Shown piece after piece: positions 19,598 through 29,894 of a stretch of DNA of 64,000 nucleotides. The stretch's first letter is position 1. Every line of letters starts with the position of its first letter. This DNA comes from Myxococcota bacterium (GTDB lineage Bacteria; Myxococcota_A; UBA796; CAJQPC01), in assembly GCA_036012755.1 (NCBI GenBank), contig DASCPX010000127.1, positions 1-64,000 on the forward strand. Reading direction: 5' to 3'. The position numbers were made by a program, and so were the translations under genes. The notes beneath the pieces are model-generated. The model worked only from the letters and a program-made list of their open reading frames with translations. It was not told the DNA's origin and searched no databases.

Positions 19598-22500
19598 CGG
19601 ACCTCTACGTCTGCGCCGTAGGCGCCTCCCAGGTCCCGGCTGCGCTCCCGCTCGAGCGAGGACCAGAACAGCCGCAGGTAGATGTTCCGCGCCAGCGCCT
19701 TCTCCATCGCCAGGTAGCGGTCGTCGAGGGAGAACTCCCCGATGAGCGTTGCATCCGCTGGCGCCTGGACGTCACGCTCTACGAGGATTCGCCACGTATC
19801 GGAGCCGACCGTGCCCCGCTGGGACACGCCACTCACCACGTCCATCCGTGTGTACTGGAAGACCTCGACCAGAGCGTCGGAGCCAAGTCGATCGAGGGCT
19901 CGGCTGCCTTCGCCGGTGACCAGGAGATCGATGCCCTCGGCCGCCAGGGCAGCGCTGGCGCCGCCGGAGCTCTCGAGCTCCTCGCGCGTCATGCCGAACA
20001 GCAACAGGGCGTGGATGTCAGCCGAGGGCAGATTGGGGTCGGAGTGGGGCTCGGCCCGCCAGTCGGAGAAGGGCCCGACCACGGGGTAGGTCACCCGCCA
20101 GGTGCGCTCACGACTTCGAACCTCGGTTTCGAGCAGGATGTCGAGATCAGGGTCATAGCTGTAGGGGTCGACGTACCGGATCTCCGCCCGAGCGACGACG
20201 AACTCCCGCCCCTGGACGAACACCCGCCCACCCGGCTCCATCCGGATCGTGCCGACGAGGCCGATGCGCGTATCGTCCCCAACCAGTCGCAACTCGGCGT
20301 CCGCGAGACCCTCGCCGACGTTGTTCCGGATGCGCACGGAGTCCTCTGCCACGATGGCAACGTCGATGTCGAAGCTCGGGCGCTCCGTCACCGTGTCCTC
20401 GCCCTCGACGAGCCGCTGCTCCCGGAAGTCGACGGCCCACTGCTCCCAGTCGATGCGCTCGACGAAGACCATGTCGTCGATCGTCGCCGTCCCGCCCAGG
20501 ACGAGCTCATCCGGAGCACCCCTGAGGTGCAGATCCGCGTCGCCGACCATGGGCGGGAGATCGTCGAGCGCAGAGATCCGGGCGTCGAAGACCCTGGCCT
20601 CGAGCTCGTAGCGCACGGGCCGCCAGCGCTCGGCGAGCACGCGCCCACCGACCTCCACCCGTCCCCCGCCGAGCTCTCCCCGACCCTCCTGGACCTCCCA
20701 GAGGGAAGGCCCCCCGCGGAGGCGTAGCTCCGCACGCTCCAGCGGCTCGGGCAACAGCGGCGAGACCAGGCGCCCCTGGTGAATGCCCAGCCGGAGCTCT
20801 CCGTCGGGAGCCTCCAGGGGCCCGTCGAGCGCGAACTCGATGCGGCCGATTCCGTGGGCGTCGCTGAAGGCATCGCTCAGCGCGGGGATCCAGGCCACGT
20901 CCCAGGCACCATCGACCGTCGCCCGCACACGCCCGCCGGAGATGGCCACCGCCGCAGCGAGGTGGGTGCGGTGGCCCTCCAGCACGAGGTCCTCTATGAC
21001 CACACCGTCACTGTCCCAGCGTAATGTCCAGGTCCCCGGCGCCACCAGCGCGAGGTCAGCCCACGCCAACTCGGTCTTCGAGGCCGTCAGCTCCAGCCTG
21101 CCATCGGAGCCTTCACCCCTGGCTATGACGAGTCCGGAGAGCTTGCCGTCGATGGCGCGACCGTCAGCCGCGACCGGGGCGAGCAGGTGGAGTGGCGCCT
21201 CGTCCAGCTCACCGAGAGCGCTCCAGGCGCCCGCCCGATCGACGCGCGCCTCCGCCTGGATCCGCCCGTCGCGGGAGCCGCCAGCGAAGCGGACCTCGCG
21301 GGCGTCGCTGCGTACGTCGACGCTCAGTGCGGGTGCGCGGGCGCCGTTGATGCGGAGGTCCGAGGCTACGAGGCGCCCCTCGGGCTCCATCGAGGCCAGC
21401 GCGCCACGTATGCGCAGGTCGGCGACGAGGTCTCCCGTGACTCGCCCCTCGGCGGGCTCCAGGGCACCGAGTCGCTCGAGCCGCAGCCCCACGCTCGAGG
21501 CGCGCAGGTCCACCTCGAGTTCCTCGCCGACGGTACCGGTGACGACGAGACGCTCGTCACCACGCTGGACCGACAACTCCTCGATGCCCAGGACACCGCG
21601 GCTCATCCGAGCGACCCCGCGGCCGCTTCCGAAGCGCTCCCCATACAGCGCGACGTCACTCAGCCGGAGGTCGACCTCGCCGTCGAGCGTGCTCGGAGGC
21701 CCGTAGAGCGTGAGCACACCCGTGACGTCGCCCTCGACGCCAGGGAGCTTGGCAAAGGGCTCGACGAGGTCCTCGATGCGCCCCTCCCCCACCAGCACGC
21801 CCAGGTCCATCTGGAAGTCGTCGGTGAAGTCGAGCAAGAGCTCCCCCCGCACCCGGGTCGAGCTCCTTCGAGCCCGGAAGTCGAAGACCACCGTCTCCAG
21901 GTCGTGGCAGATGACGGGTCCCTCGAGCCGTTCGAAGGCGTCGTAGCCGAAGATGCCGAAGTCGTGGACACTGACACGACCGTCGATGTCGGGATCGTCA
22001 AAGGGCCCGTGGATTCGCGCCTCGACGAGCCCACGGCCGACCAGCCCGACATCGGCCAGGGGGGAGAAGGTCCTCAGATCCGCTCGGGGGAGGTGCGCCT
22101 CGATGTCCATGTCGCCCTCGTAGGGGAGCCATGCATCGACCCGCCCCGAGGTCCGACCTGCGACGAGGTCGCGCGCATCGATGCGCACGCCGTCCTCGTC
22201 GAAGGACAGCACACCGTCGAGGCTCCCGGTGGGGATGACGAGGATGCTGTCGTGTGGCCCGCGGAGCCCGTCGTCGCCGACCTCGAACTCGGCGAGGGCC
22301 AGCGACATCGGACCCTCCAGGGAGAGCGGGGAGAGAGCTCCTGCCAGCTGGATCTCGCCGTCGATCAGCAGGTCGACATAGGGGTTCGTGAAGGCGGCGC
22401 TCTCGATCAGGGCCTCGTGCAGTGACAGGCCCTCCATGCGCAAGGTCAGGCCGTGCACCGCGCCATCCCAGCCGACGAAGCCCTCTCCCTCGAGGTGGCC

Positions 22501-23427
22501 CTCTCCGATCACTTGCTGCAGGCGCTCGATGTCGACCCCGCGCCCGTGCAGCCGGAGGCTCGCCTCGAGGGCCCCGAAGCCGTGCCGATCGCCCTCGTGT
22601 CGCAGCGCCGGCGTGCCCACGACCAGCGCTTGGAGCTCCGGCGCCGATGACGTTCCGCCGAGTTGGAGGTCCGCGAACAGCTCACCCTCGGCCGAGAGTC
22701 CTTCGGGAAGAGGAAGCTCTGTGGGATCGATGTCGACGGACAGGAGGCCCTCCAGCTGGCCAGCCAGCTCGACGCGCAGCTCCCCGTCGACATGGGCAAC
22801 GGGGAAGTCGAGGTCGAGGTCAGGGATCTCGATCCGCTCGGGGCCGACCTCGAGACCAGAGAGCTCGACGCCCTCGATGGCCTGGACCCACTCGTCCTGC
22901 TCCACTGCGAGTCGCTGGATTGCCAGCGTCGAGCGCCCGACGATGGGGTCCGGACCGAGGTCGAGATCCTCTGCAACCAGGCGCGTGCCGTGGATGTCCA
23001 ACTCGACCCGGGCGCCCTCGACCACGAGCTCGTCCCACGGAAGCCGCTCCAGCGGACCCGAGTCCCCCTCTGCGAGTCCAGGTAGATCCTGGCCGATTCG
23101 GAGGGTCACGTCCGGTGAATCGAGCACGAGGCGAGACGCGCGCAGTGGGAACAACGCGATGTCCGCGTCAGCCGACTTCATGGTGACGAGGACCCGCCGG
23201 TCCTCTCGGGATCGAACGACGAGGCCCTCCACGTGGATCGACGGCGGCCAGAGCGAGGGTTCGAGACGGCCGATGACGACGTCCTCTCCGAGTGCATCGG
23301 CCGCTGATGCCTCCACCGCACCAGCGAGCCACGCCGCCGCCCGGGGCGAAGTGACCACCGAGTGCCCGCCCGCCCCCACAGCGAGGGCGACCGCAACAGC
23401 GACGAGGCTCTTTCGCAGTCGGCTCAT
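19582..23427 (-). CDS. tamB: Translocation/assembly module TamB (DUF490) protein
   Basis: N-terminal anchor, long beta-taco-like body, C-terminal VRIRNN..DPDLDI..SDPNLPSADIHALLLFG; adjacent to Omp85 gene; ATG 23427. Confidence 0.85.
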   Translation of the reverse strand: MSRLRKSLVAVAVALAVGAGGHSVVTSPRAAAWLAGAVEASAADALGEDVVIGRLEPSLWPPSIHVEGLVVRSREDRRVLVTMKSADADIALFPLRASRLVLDSPDVTLRIGQDLPGLAEGDSGPLERLPWDELVVEGARVELDIHGTRLVAEDLDLGPDPIVGRSTLAIQRLAVEQDEWVQAIEGVELSGLEVGPERIEIPDLDLDFPVAHVDGELRVELAGQLEGLLSVDIDPTELPLPEGLSAEGELFADLQLGGTSSAPELQALVVGTPALRHEGDRHGFGALEASLRLHGRGVDIERLQQVIGEGHLEGEGFVGWDGAVHGLTLRMEGLSLHEALIESAAFTNPYVDLLIDGEIQLAGALSPLSLEGPMSLALAEFEVGDDGLRGPHDSILVIPTGSLDGVLSFDEDGVRIDARDLVAGRTSGRVDAWLPYEGDMDIEAHLPRADLRTFSPLADVGLVGRGLVEARIHGPFDDPDIDGRVSVHDFGIFGYDAFERLEGPVICHDLETVVFDFRARRSSTRVRGELLLDFTDDFQMDLGVLVGEGRIEDLVEPFAKLPGVEGDVTGVLTLYGPPSTLDGEVDLRLSDVALYGERFGSGRGVARMSRGVLGIEELSVQRGDERLVVTGTVGEELEVDLRASSVGLRLERLGALEPAEGRVTGDLVADLRIRGALASMEPEGRLVASDLRINGARAPALSVDVRSDAREVRFAGGSRDGRIQAEARVDRAGAWSALGELDEAPLHLLAPVAADGRAIDGKLSGLVIARGEGSDGRLELTASKTELAWADLALVAPGTWTLRWDSDGVVIEDLVLEGHRTHLAAAVAISGGRVRATVDGAWDVAWIPALSDAFSDAHGIGRIEFALDGPLEAPDGELRLGIHQGRLVSPLLPEPLERAELRLRGGPSLWEVQEGRGELGGGRVEVGGRVLAERWRPVRYELEARVFDARISALDDLPPMVGDADLHLRGAPDELVLGGTATIDDMVFVERIDWEQWAVDFREQRLVEGEDTVTERPSFDIDVAIVAEDSVRIRNNVGEGLADAELRLVGDDTRIGLVGTIRMEPGGRVFVQGREFVVARAEIRYVDPYSYDPDLDILLETEVRSRERTWRVTYPVVGPFSDWRAEPHSDPNLPSADIHALLLFGMTREELESSGGASAALAAEGIDLLVTGEGSRALDRLGSDALVEVFQYTRMDVVSGVSQRGTVGSDTWRILVERDVQAPADATLIGEFSLDDRYLAMEKALARNIYLRLFWSSLERERSRDLGGAYGADVEVRWEAD

Positions 23428-23481
23428 AGGGTATGAGACACCACTCACAACGTAGCGCGGCCGCCGCACGCCAGCCCCGAA

Positions 23482-23511
23482 GCGGCAGGGGGAAAGCCTC
23501 CCCCCTTCCGC
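23482..23511 (-). terminator. GC-rich hairpin immediately 3' of the tRNA (terminator or processing stem)
   Basis: GCGG-C-AGGGGG pairs with CCCCCT-T-CCGC; only a weak U tail. Confidence 0.35.
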
Positions 23512-23517
23512 CGACAT

Positions 23518-23590
23518 AGCGGGCGACGGGATTCGAACCCGCGACAACGAGCTTGGGAAGCTCGGACTCTACCAGCTGAGCTACGCCCGC
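23518..23590 (-). tRNA. tRNA-Gly(CCC)
   Basis: GCGGGCG-TA-GCTC-AGCTGGTA-GAGT-C-CGAGC-TTCCCAA-GCTCG-TTGTC-GCGGG-TTCGAAT-CCCGT-CGCCCGC-T cloverleaf; CCA not encoded. Confidence 0.97.
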
Positions 23591-23618
23591 TCAGCGTCCG
23601 CCTCTTAACCCCTCCCAT

Positions 23619-25424
23619 TCACCGGGCAAGGAGTCGCTCCAGCAGCGCAATGCGCTTGGTCACCTCGGCTTTTTGGTGCCGCGGAGCGATCTTCTGGAGG
23701 CGCCTCAGCGTGCGGATCGCGAGCTTGGCCTTGCGGGATGCGCTGGCGAGTTCAGCCATCACGAACAGCGCCTCCGCGAAGCCTGGGTCCTCTTCGTCAG
23801 ACTCGTCAAGGACGTCCCGAAGCTCGTCGAAGGCCGCGCGCGCGCCCTCGATCTCCTTGCGACAGCGGGCCCGGATCACCGCGGCGGGGAGTCCCTCTGC
23901 GTCTCCCAACGCGCTGAGCGCCTCTGCGTGGAGACCCATCTCGAGCATGCTCTCGGCTTCGTCCATGTCAGCGCCGCGGGAGCGCCTCGACTCGTCCTCT
24001 TGGAACGGGTCATCGAGATCACCGAAGTCCGGCGCGAGCTCGTCCGGGTCGACCTCTGCGAAGGTACCGCCGTCCCTGAAGACGTCATCGAACATCGGCT
24101 CGGGAGGCGCCGCCAGCGGGTCCGGCTCCTCGGGTGCCGGTGCCGCGGGAGGGGGAGGTTCGGTCTCGTCGTCGTCGATGAGCTCCTCGTCGTCATCCAC
24201 CTCGTCGGGGGCCTCCTCCAGCTCGACATCCCCGCCCATCGCCTGGATGCGCAGCTGCGCTCGTCGCCGATCCTCTTCGGCCTCGATGAACTCGAGGAGG
24301 ACGCCGGCGTGCTGAACGGCGTCCTGCTTCTCGCCGCGGGCCAAGGCCACCTCCGCGGCCCACGCGTAGACGACGGGGTCGTGCTTGGCTCGCAGCGCGT
24401 CTTCGAGCTCCGTCGCAGCGCGGTCGTAGAAGCCGTACCGAGAGAAGACCTCGGCCCGGACACCGATACGCAGGATGGCCTCGTCCTTCGCCTCGACCTC
24501 CGGCAGATCGGTGAGACGGAAACGTGCCTGCTCCACGGCCTTCTGGGCGCGAGCGACGTCGTCGTCGAGTCCGGATGCGCCGAGATCGCGTGCGCCGAGC
24601 AGCGCCTCCAGCCAGCCTTCGGCCCTACCGAGTGACTCGTTGAGCCGAGCCAGCTCGAGCAGGACAGGCTGGGCCTTCCCCGGCTCCGGCCCACGCTTGA
24701 AGCAGTCCGCCAACAGCGCGAGCACGTCGGGGTCGTCAGGACGCCTGGCGTAAGCAGGCTGGAGGTGTCGGAGCGCCGCCTGGTAGTCGTTGACGGCGAG
24801 GCAGGCCTCCGCCGCGGCTCGCAGCAGGTGGGGCTCGTCAGGCCGAATCTCCAGCGCCCGGACGGCGAGGCGCCCCATGTCCTCCAGCTGACCGCACCGC
24901 TTGTAGTCCTTGATGGCGCGCATGTAGAGCTCGTAGCCCTTGCTCACCATGTTCTGGGCGACCACGACCTCCGCCATGTCCACCAGGAACTGCACATCGT
25001 CCGGACGCAAGCGCAGGATGGCCTCGCCGTACTGGAGGGCCTGCTCCAGATCGGTCTTGCTGAGGATCTTCCAGGCCTTCATGTAGGAGGGGATGGACTC
25101 CTTGCGGTAGCCGCCGAGGTCCTTCGCCCGAGCGAGCTCACCGTGGAGTTCGCCGTCCTTGGGGTTCATCTCCACGAGCCGGGTCAACACGCTCAGCGCC
25201 GCGCGGTGGTTGCCGTCGTACGCGTAGGCCTTTGCGAGCTGGCGGAACTGCTTGTCCGCGTCCTTCCGTCTGCCGAACTTGAGGTAGGTCTCCGCGAGCT
25301 TCTGACGGATGCGGCGGTCCTTCGGATCGAGCTTCAGGATGCTGATGTAGCTGAGGATCGCCCGGTCGGTCTGACCCCGACCCAGCTCCCTCAGCGCGCG
25401 CTGTTCGAGCTCGTTCTTGTCCAT
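23619..25424 (-). CDS. Tetratricopeptide repeat protein, SgmX-like by architecture and position
   Basis: N-terminal TPR array (LKLDPKD..QKLAETY), acidic/Pro linker, C-terminal TPR; directly downstream of accC in the pil operon; ATG 25424. Confidence 0.75.
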   Translation of the reverse strand: MDKNELEQRALRELGRGQTDRAILSYISILKLDPKDRRIRQKLAETYLKFGRRKDADKQFRQLAKAYAYDGNHRAALSVLTRLVEMNPKDGELHGELARAKDLGGYRKESIPSYMKAWKILSKTDLEQALQYGEAILRLRPDDVQFLVDMAEVVVAQNMVSKGYELYMRAIKDYKRCGQLEDMGRLAVRALEIRPDEPHLLRAAAEACLAVNDYQAALRHLQPAYARRPDDPDVLALLADCFKRGPEPGKAQPVLLELARLNESLGRAEGWLEALLGARDLGASGLDDDVARAQKAVEQARFRLTDLPEVEAKDEAILRIGVRAEVFSRYGFYDRAATELEDALRAKHDPVVYAWAAEVALARGEKQDAVQHAGVLLEFIEAEEDRRRAQLRIQAMGGDVELEEAPDEVDDDEELIDDDETEPPPPAAPAPEEPDPLAAPPEPMFDDVFRDGGTFAEVDPDELAPDFGDLDDPFQEDESRRSRGADMDEAESMLEMGLHAEALSALGDAEGLPAAVIRARCRKEIEGARAAFDELRDVLDESDEEDPGFAEALFVMAELASASRKAKLAIRTLRRLQKIAPRHQKAEVTKRIALLERLLAR

Positions 25425-25478
25425 CGAAACTCCGGGGGGCGCACATCTTCGCACAGGCCAGACGAAGGCCCCAAGCTC

Positions 25479-26843
25479 TCAGGCGCGCTCGGTTCCCCGC
25501 CTCGTGAGCCAGTCGTCGATGAAGCGCGTCGACAGCCGAGCGTCTCGGAACTCCGGCGTCGCGAGCAGCTCCTTGTGGAGGTCGATGGTCGTGTCGATCC
25601 CTTCGACCACGTACTCGTGCAGCGCGACCTGGAGCTTGGCGATGGCCTGCTCGCGAGTGGGGGCCGAGGCGATGACCTTCGCCACCAGCGAGTCGTAGAA
25701 GGGCTGCACCATCGCCATCTCGTGCACCGCAGAGTCGACACGGATGCCGGGCCCGCCAGGCTGGTAGTAGCCGCTGATCCGTCCAGGGCTAGGGCGGAAG
25801 GTGAAGGGGTGCTCCGCGTTGATCCGCGCCTCGATGGCGTGGCCAGCCACGACGATGTCCTCCTGCTTCAGCGGCATGACCTCGCCAGCGGCAAGCCGGA
25901 GCTGGAGCTGGATGAGATCGACGCCGGTGACGAGCTCGCTGACCGGGTGCTCCACCTGGATGCGGGGATTCACCTCGAGGAAGAAGTAGTCCTCTCCATC
26001 GACGAGGAACTCGCAGGTGCCGACCGTGTGGTACCCGACCGCAGACACGAGCCGGACCGCCGCGCTGCGGATGCGCTCGACGAGCCCGTCCGGGAGCCCT
26101 GGCGCGGGCGCCTCCTCGATCACTTTCTGGTGGCGACGCTGCATCGAGCAGTCGCGTTCGGCGAAGTGGACTGCGTTTCCGTGAACGTCCCCGGCGAACT
26201 GCACCTCGATGTGCCGTGGGTTTCGCAGGAAACGCTCGACGAAGACCTCGCCAGAACCAAACGCCAGCATGGCCTCTGTGGCGGTCAGGTCGAAGACCTT
26301 GGCGAGCTGAGCGCTGTCCTCGACGACCCGCATGCCCTTGCCGCCACCCCCAGCCGCGGCCTTGAGCATGACGGGGAAACCGATCTCCTCGGCGGCCGCC
26401 ACTGCATCCGCGATGGACGCGACGGCCCCTTCGCTGCCCGGAATCAGCGGCAGTCCAGCCTCGCGCGCCGCCGCCTTTGCGCTCAGCTTGTCCCCGAAGG
26501 TGTGCAGCATCTGGACGTTGGGACCGATGAAGGTGACGCCGTGGGCCGTGACAACGCTTGCGAACTCCGCGTTCTCCGCCAGGAACCCGTAGCCGGGGTG
26601 GATCGCGTCGGCTCCAGTGATGTCGGCCGCCGAGATCACGTTCGAGATCTTCAGGTAGCTCTCGCTCGCCGGGGCCGGTCCGATGCACACGGACTCGTCC
26701 GCAAAGCGCACGTGCAGCGAGGTCGCATCGCACTCGGAATAGACAGCCACGGTCTCGATACCGAGCTCGCGGCAAGCCCGGATGACTCGTAGCGCGATCT
26801 CGCCGCGGTTCGCGACGAGGACCTTGTCGAAGGGCCTGGACAC
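25479..26843 (-). CDS. accC: Acetyl-CoA carboxylase biotin carboxylase
   Basis: KVLVANRGEIALRV, HPGYGFLAEN, KAAAGGGGKGMR, ERDCSMQRRHQK, RIQVEHPVSE; GTG 26843. Confidence 0.97.
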   Translation of the reverse strand: MSRPFDKVLVANRGEIALRVIRACRELGIETVAVYSECDATSLHVRFADESVCIGPAPASESYLKISNVISAADITGADAIHPGYGFLAENAEFASVVTAHGVTFIGPNVQMLHTFGDKLSAKAAAREAGLPLIPGSEGAVASIADAVAAAEEIGFPVMLKAAAGGGGKGMRVVEDSAQLAKVFDLTATEAMLAFGSGEVFVERFLRNPRHIEVQFAGDVHGNAVHFAERDCSMQRRHQKVIEEAPAPGLPDGLVERIRSAAVRLVSAVGYHTVGTCEFLVDGEDYFFLEVNPRIQVEHPVSELVTGVDLIQLQLRLAAGEVMPLKQEDIVVAGHAIEARINAEHPFTFRPSPGRISGYYQPGGPGIRVDSAVHEMAMVQPFYDSLVAKVIASAPTREQAIAKLQVALHEYVVEGIDTTIDLHKELLATPEFRDARLSTRFIDDWLTRRGTERA

Positions 26844-26845
26844 CG

Positions 26846-27301
26846 TCAGTCGGTCTTGATCTTGAAGAGCGGCTGGCCGAACTGGACCGGCTGGGCGTTG
26901 TCCACGAGGATGGCCGCGACCACCCCGTCGAGCTCGCTCTCGATCTCGTTCATGAGCTTCATCGCCTCGATGATGCACAAGGTCTGACCCTTGGACACCC
27001 GATCTCCGAGCTGGACGAAGGGCTGGGCGTCGGGCGCTGGCGCTCGGTAGAAGGTGCCGACCATCGGCGAGTTCGCCGCGGTGAGGCTGGGATCGTCCTC
27101 CAGCTCCGGCTGCCCCGGCTTGGGCGCGACAGGGGCGATGGCAGCTGGGACAGCGGCCTGAAGCATCGGCGGTGCGATCTGGACCGGCTGCGTGCCACCG
27201 AAAGAGACCCGCAGGGTGCAGGACTCATCCTCGTAGTCGAACTCCGCAACCTCGTTTTCCACGAGGACCTTCAACAGCGCCTCGATGCGCTCGACATCCA
27301 T
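26846..27301 (-). CDS. accB: Biotin carboxyl carrier protein
   Basis: SPMVGTFYRAP..EAMKLMNEI biotinylation motif. Confidence 0.97.
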   Translation of the reverse strand: MDVERIEALLKVLVENEVAEFDYEDESCTLRVSFGGTQPVQIAPPMLQAAVPAAIAPVAPKPGQPELEDDPSLTAANSPMVGTFYRAPAPDAQPFVQLGDRVSKGQTLCIIEAMKLMNEIESELDGVVAAILVDNAQPVQFGQPLFKIKTD

Positions 27302-27324
27302 GGCTCACCTCTGGGGCGAGCAGC

Positions 27325-27759
27325 CTATCCGGAGCGAAGATGTGCGACCAGTGCCCGCAGGCCCAGGAGATAGGAGTCGGCGCCAAAGCCGGCGATCATG
27401 CCGACAGCGACATCCGCCAGCAGGCTCCTGCGGCGGAAGCGCTCGCGGGCGTGGACGTTCGAGATGTGGACCTCGACGAAGACGGCGCCGGTCCCGAGGA
27501 GGGCGTCGCGGAGTGCCACAGAGGTGTGCGTGTAGGCGCCGGGATTGAAGACGATCCCGTCTCCGCCCTTGTGGATCTCGTCGATGAGCACGCCCTCGTG
27601 GTTGCTCTGGACGTGGGTCAGCTCCACGCCGAGCTCCACCGCGAGAGCGTCGAGCTGCCCCGTCAATTCGTCCAGGGTGACTCGGCCGTACTGATCGGGC
27701 TCACGAGAGCCCAGGAGGTTCAGGTTTGGACCGTGCAATACGACGATCCGGAGGCTCAA
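27325..27759 (-). CDS. aroQ: Type II 3-dehydroquinate dehydratase
   Basis: [46 protein letters not shown] start overlaps upstream stop. Confidence 0.96.
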   Translation of the reverse strand: MSLRIVVLHGPNLNLLGSREPDQYGRVTLDELTGQLDALAVELGVELTHVQSNHEGVLIDEIHKGGDGIVFNPGAYTHTSVALRDALLGTGAVFVEVHISNVHARERFRRRSLLADVAVGMIAGFGADSYLLGLRALVAHLRSG

Positions 27760-28331
27760 TTCGATGTTTCGATCTTGATCGTGCTCGTGCCGTTGACCGT
27801 TCCCAACGTGACCGTCACGAACGCGGGATCGAATTCGTCGTCTCCACTGCTGGGGAGGGTGTCGACGTAGATCCACATCCGAGCCCGACCGAACTGGTCG
27901 GTGGCGATCAACGCGTAGTTTGGCTTGTACTCACTGGAGTAAGTGGAGGACAACTCGAAGTACCGATCGCTGTCGCTGTCGTACCAGGCGCAGTTCTCGA
28001 TGTCGTAGTCCTCTGCTCCGGGAGTACAGTTCGAGCCCGCCTCCTGCGGGTCCGGCGGGTCGACCTCCTGGATCGCCGCCTCGGGCAGGACGTAGACGCC
28101 AGCGCTGCCGGAGATGAACTCGACGCGGATGTTCGACTGTGGGTTTTCTTCTTCGTCCGTTACGAGAGCGTCTACGGGGATCAGCGCGCCGAGCCCGTCG
28201 TCGTAGTCGTTGTACGACGAGTCCCAGACGAGGAGCACGTTCTCGATCGTCTCCACTTCGTAGGCGCTGGGCGCCTGGTGGCCGAGGTCAGAGAGGCAAC
28301 CCAGCGAGAGGGCGAGGGGCAGAAGAGTCAT
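27756..28331 (-). CDS. Hypothetical acidic lipoprotein
   Basis: Lipobox SLGC; translationally coupled to aroB and aroQ. Confidence 0.7.
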   Translation of the reverse strand: MTLLPLALSLGCLSDLGHQAPSAYEVETIENVLLVWDSSYNDYDDGLGALIPVDALVTDEEENPQSNIRVEFISGSAGVYVLPEAAIQEVDPPDPQEAGSNCTPGAEDYDIENCAWYDSDSDRYFELSSTYSSEYKPNYALIATDQFGRARMWIYVDTLPSSGDDEFDPAFVTVTLGTVNGTSTIKIETSN

Positions 28332-29413
28332 CAGTTCTCCGTAGGTTCGGAAAGCCGTCGGGCGGCCTCCAGCAGCTCAGCTTGTTCGACTCCAGCGATG
28401 CGCACCCGCCCAATCGAGACCGGATAGGCCACGCGGACCATACCACGCAGCCGTTTCTTGTCCATCAGGGCGGCCTCAGCGATGTCCTCAGGGCACACGC
28501 CGGGCCACCGCAGGGGTAAACCGAGCTTCGCCAGGAGCCGCCCGATCTCAGCAGGCAGCGACGGATCGGCCTCCCCTCGGGCCACGGCGATCCAGGCCTC
28601 CGCGACCAGACCGATCCCCACCGCCTCGCCGTGCCGCAGCGCACCGTAGCCGAGCACTCGCTCGAGCGCGTGACCGAGCGTGTGGCCAGCGTTGAGGACA
28701 GCACGCAGCCCCGCCTCGCGCTCATCACGAGCGACGATCTCAGCCTTGATAGCGCAACACCGGGACACGACATGGACCAGCGCGCTGCGATCCCGACCGA
28801 GCACCTCCGAGCTGTGGCTCCCGAGCCAGGAGAAGAAGTCCGCGTCGGCGAGCACAGCGTGCTTGACGACCTCGCCGAGACCACAGCGATACTCCTCTTC
28901 GGAGAGGGTGGCGAGGGTGTCGAGGGCAGCGAGCACGAGCTGGGGCTGGTGGAAGGCGCCGACCAGGTTCTTGCCCCAGACCGCGTTCACCCCGGTCTTT
29001 CCTCCGACCGAGGAGTCCACCATGGCCAACAGCGTCGTCGGGACCTGGACCAGTGGAAGCCCACGCATCGTCGACGCCGCCGCGAAGCCCGCGATGTCAC
29101 CAGTGACGCCGCCGCCGAGGGCGACCACGCAAGTGCCCCGATCCACCTGCAAAGCCAGCAGGTCCTCGACGAGCCGCCTCCACGTGTCGAGGTGCTTGTG
29201 AGCCTCGCCGTCGGGGATGACCAGGACATCGACATCGAAACCGCCGTCCTCGAGAGCGCCGACAGCGGCCTCGCCGTAGAGGGGGTGGACGACGTCGTTG
29301 GTGACCAGGACAGCCCGCCCGTCGCGGAGCAGCGCCAGCTCGGCTCCGAGCATCGCGAGCTCGCCGAGCACGATTGCGTAACTGCGCTCGCCGAGCTCGA
29401 CGCTGAGCCTCAC
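28331..29413 (-). CDS. aroB: 3-dehydroquinate synthase
   Basis: ALGGGVTGDIAGF, PTTLLAMVDSSVGGKTGVN, LNAGHTLGHALE, HGEAV; GTG 29413. Confidence 0.96.
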   Translation of the reverse strand: MRLSVELGERSYAIVLGELAMLGAELALLRDGRAVLVTNDVVHPLYGEAAVGALEDGGFDVDVLVIPDGEAHKHLDTWRRLVEDLLALQVDRGTCVVALGGGVTGDIAGFAAASTMRGLPLVQVPTTLLAMVDSSVGGKTGVNAVWGKNLVGAFHQPQLVLAALDTLATLSEEEYRCGLGEVVKHAVLADADFFSWLGSHSSEVLGRDRSALVHVVSRCCAIKAEIVARDEREAGLRAVLNAGHTLGHALERVLGYGALRHGEAVGIGLVAEAWIAVARGEADPSLPAEIGRLLAKLGLPLRWPGVCPEDIAEAALMDKKRLRGMVRVAYPVSIGRVRIAGVEQAELLEAARRLSEPTEN

Positions 29414-29880
29414 AGCGCCGCCAGGATGGCCGCGACCACCTGCTCCGGTGGCCGGGTCGCGTCGACACGCTGATGAGCGAGCCGGTACACGGGCTCCCGC
29501 AGTGTCAAGCGCTCCGCCGCCTCGGACCACACCGGGCGCCCCTTGCCCTCGCCCACGCGCTCGGCGAGGACCGCCAGAGGCGCCTCCAGGTAGACGACAT
29601 GGCCCCAGGCCATCAGCGCATCCATCGCCCCGGCCTGGCAAGGGGTGCCTCCTCCGGTCGCCAGCACGCAGTCTCCATCAGCGATGACATCGGCAAGGGC
29701 GAGCCGCTCGGCCTCACGAAACCGGGCCTCGGACACGGCAAACAGCGCTGGGATGCTCGAGCCCTCCCTCGCCTCTACGAGCGCGTCCAGATCGACGAAC
29801 GGGAGACCACTGCGGGCCGCCAGGCGCCTCCCCGTCGTGGTCTTGCCAGCGCCCATAAAACCCACGAGCGCGATCCGCAT
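29410..29880 (-). CDS. aroK: Shikimate kinase
   Basis: LVGFMGAGKTT, DLD, FREAE, ATGGG. Confidence 0.95.
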   Translation of the reverse strand: MRIALVGFMGAGKTTTGRRLAARSGLPFVDLDALVEAREGSSIPALFAVSEARFREAERLALADVIADGDCVLATGGGTPCQAGAMDALMAWGHVVYLEAPLAVLAERVGEGKGRPVWSEAAERLTLREPVYRLAHQRVDATRPPEQVVAAILAAL

Positions 29881-29894
29881 GGGCGCTCCGAGAG

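Noticed and set aside
23518..23590. tRNA-anchored genomic island
   Set aside because: No integrase, no duplicated tRNA 3' end noticed, and flanks are core genes.
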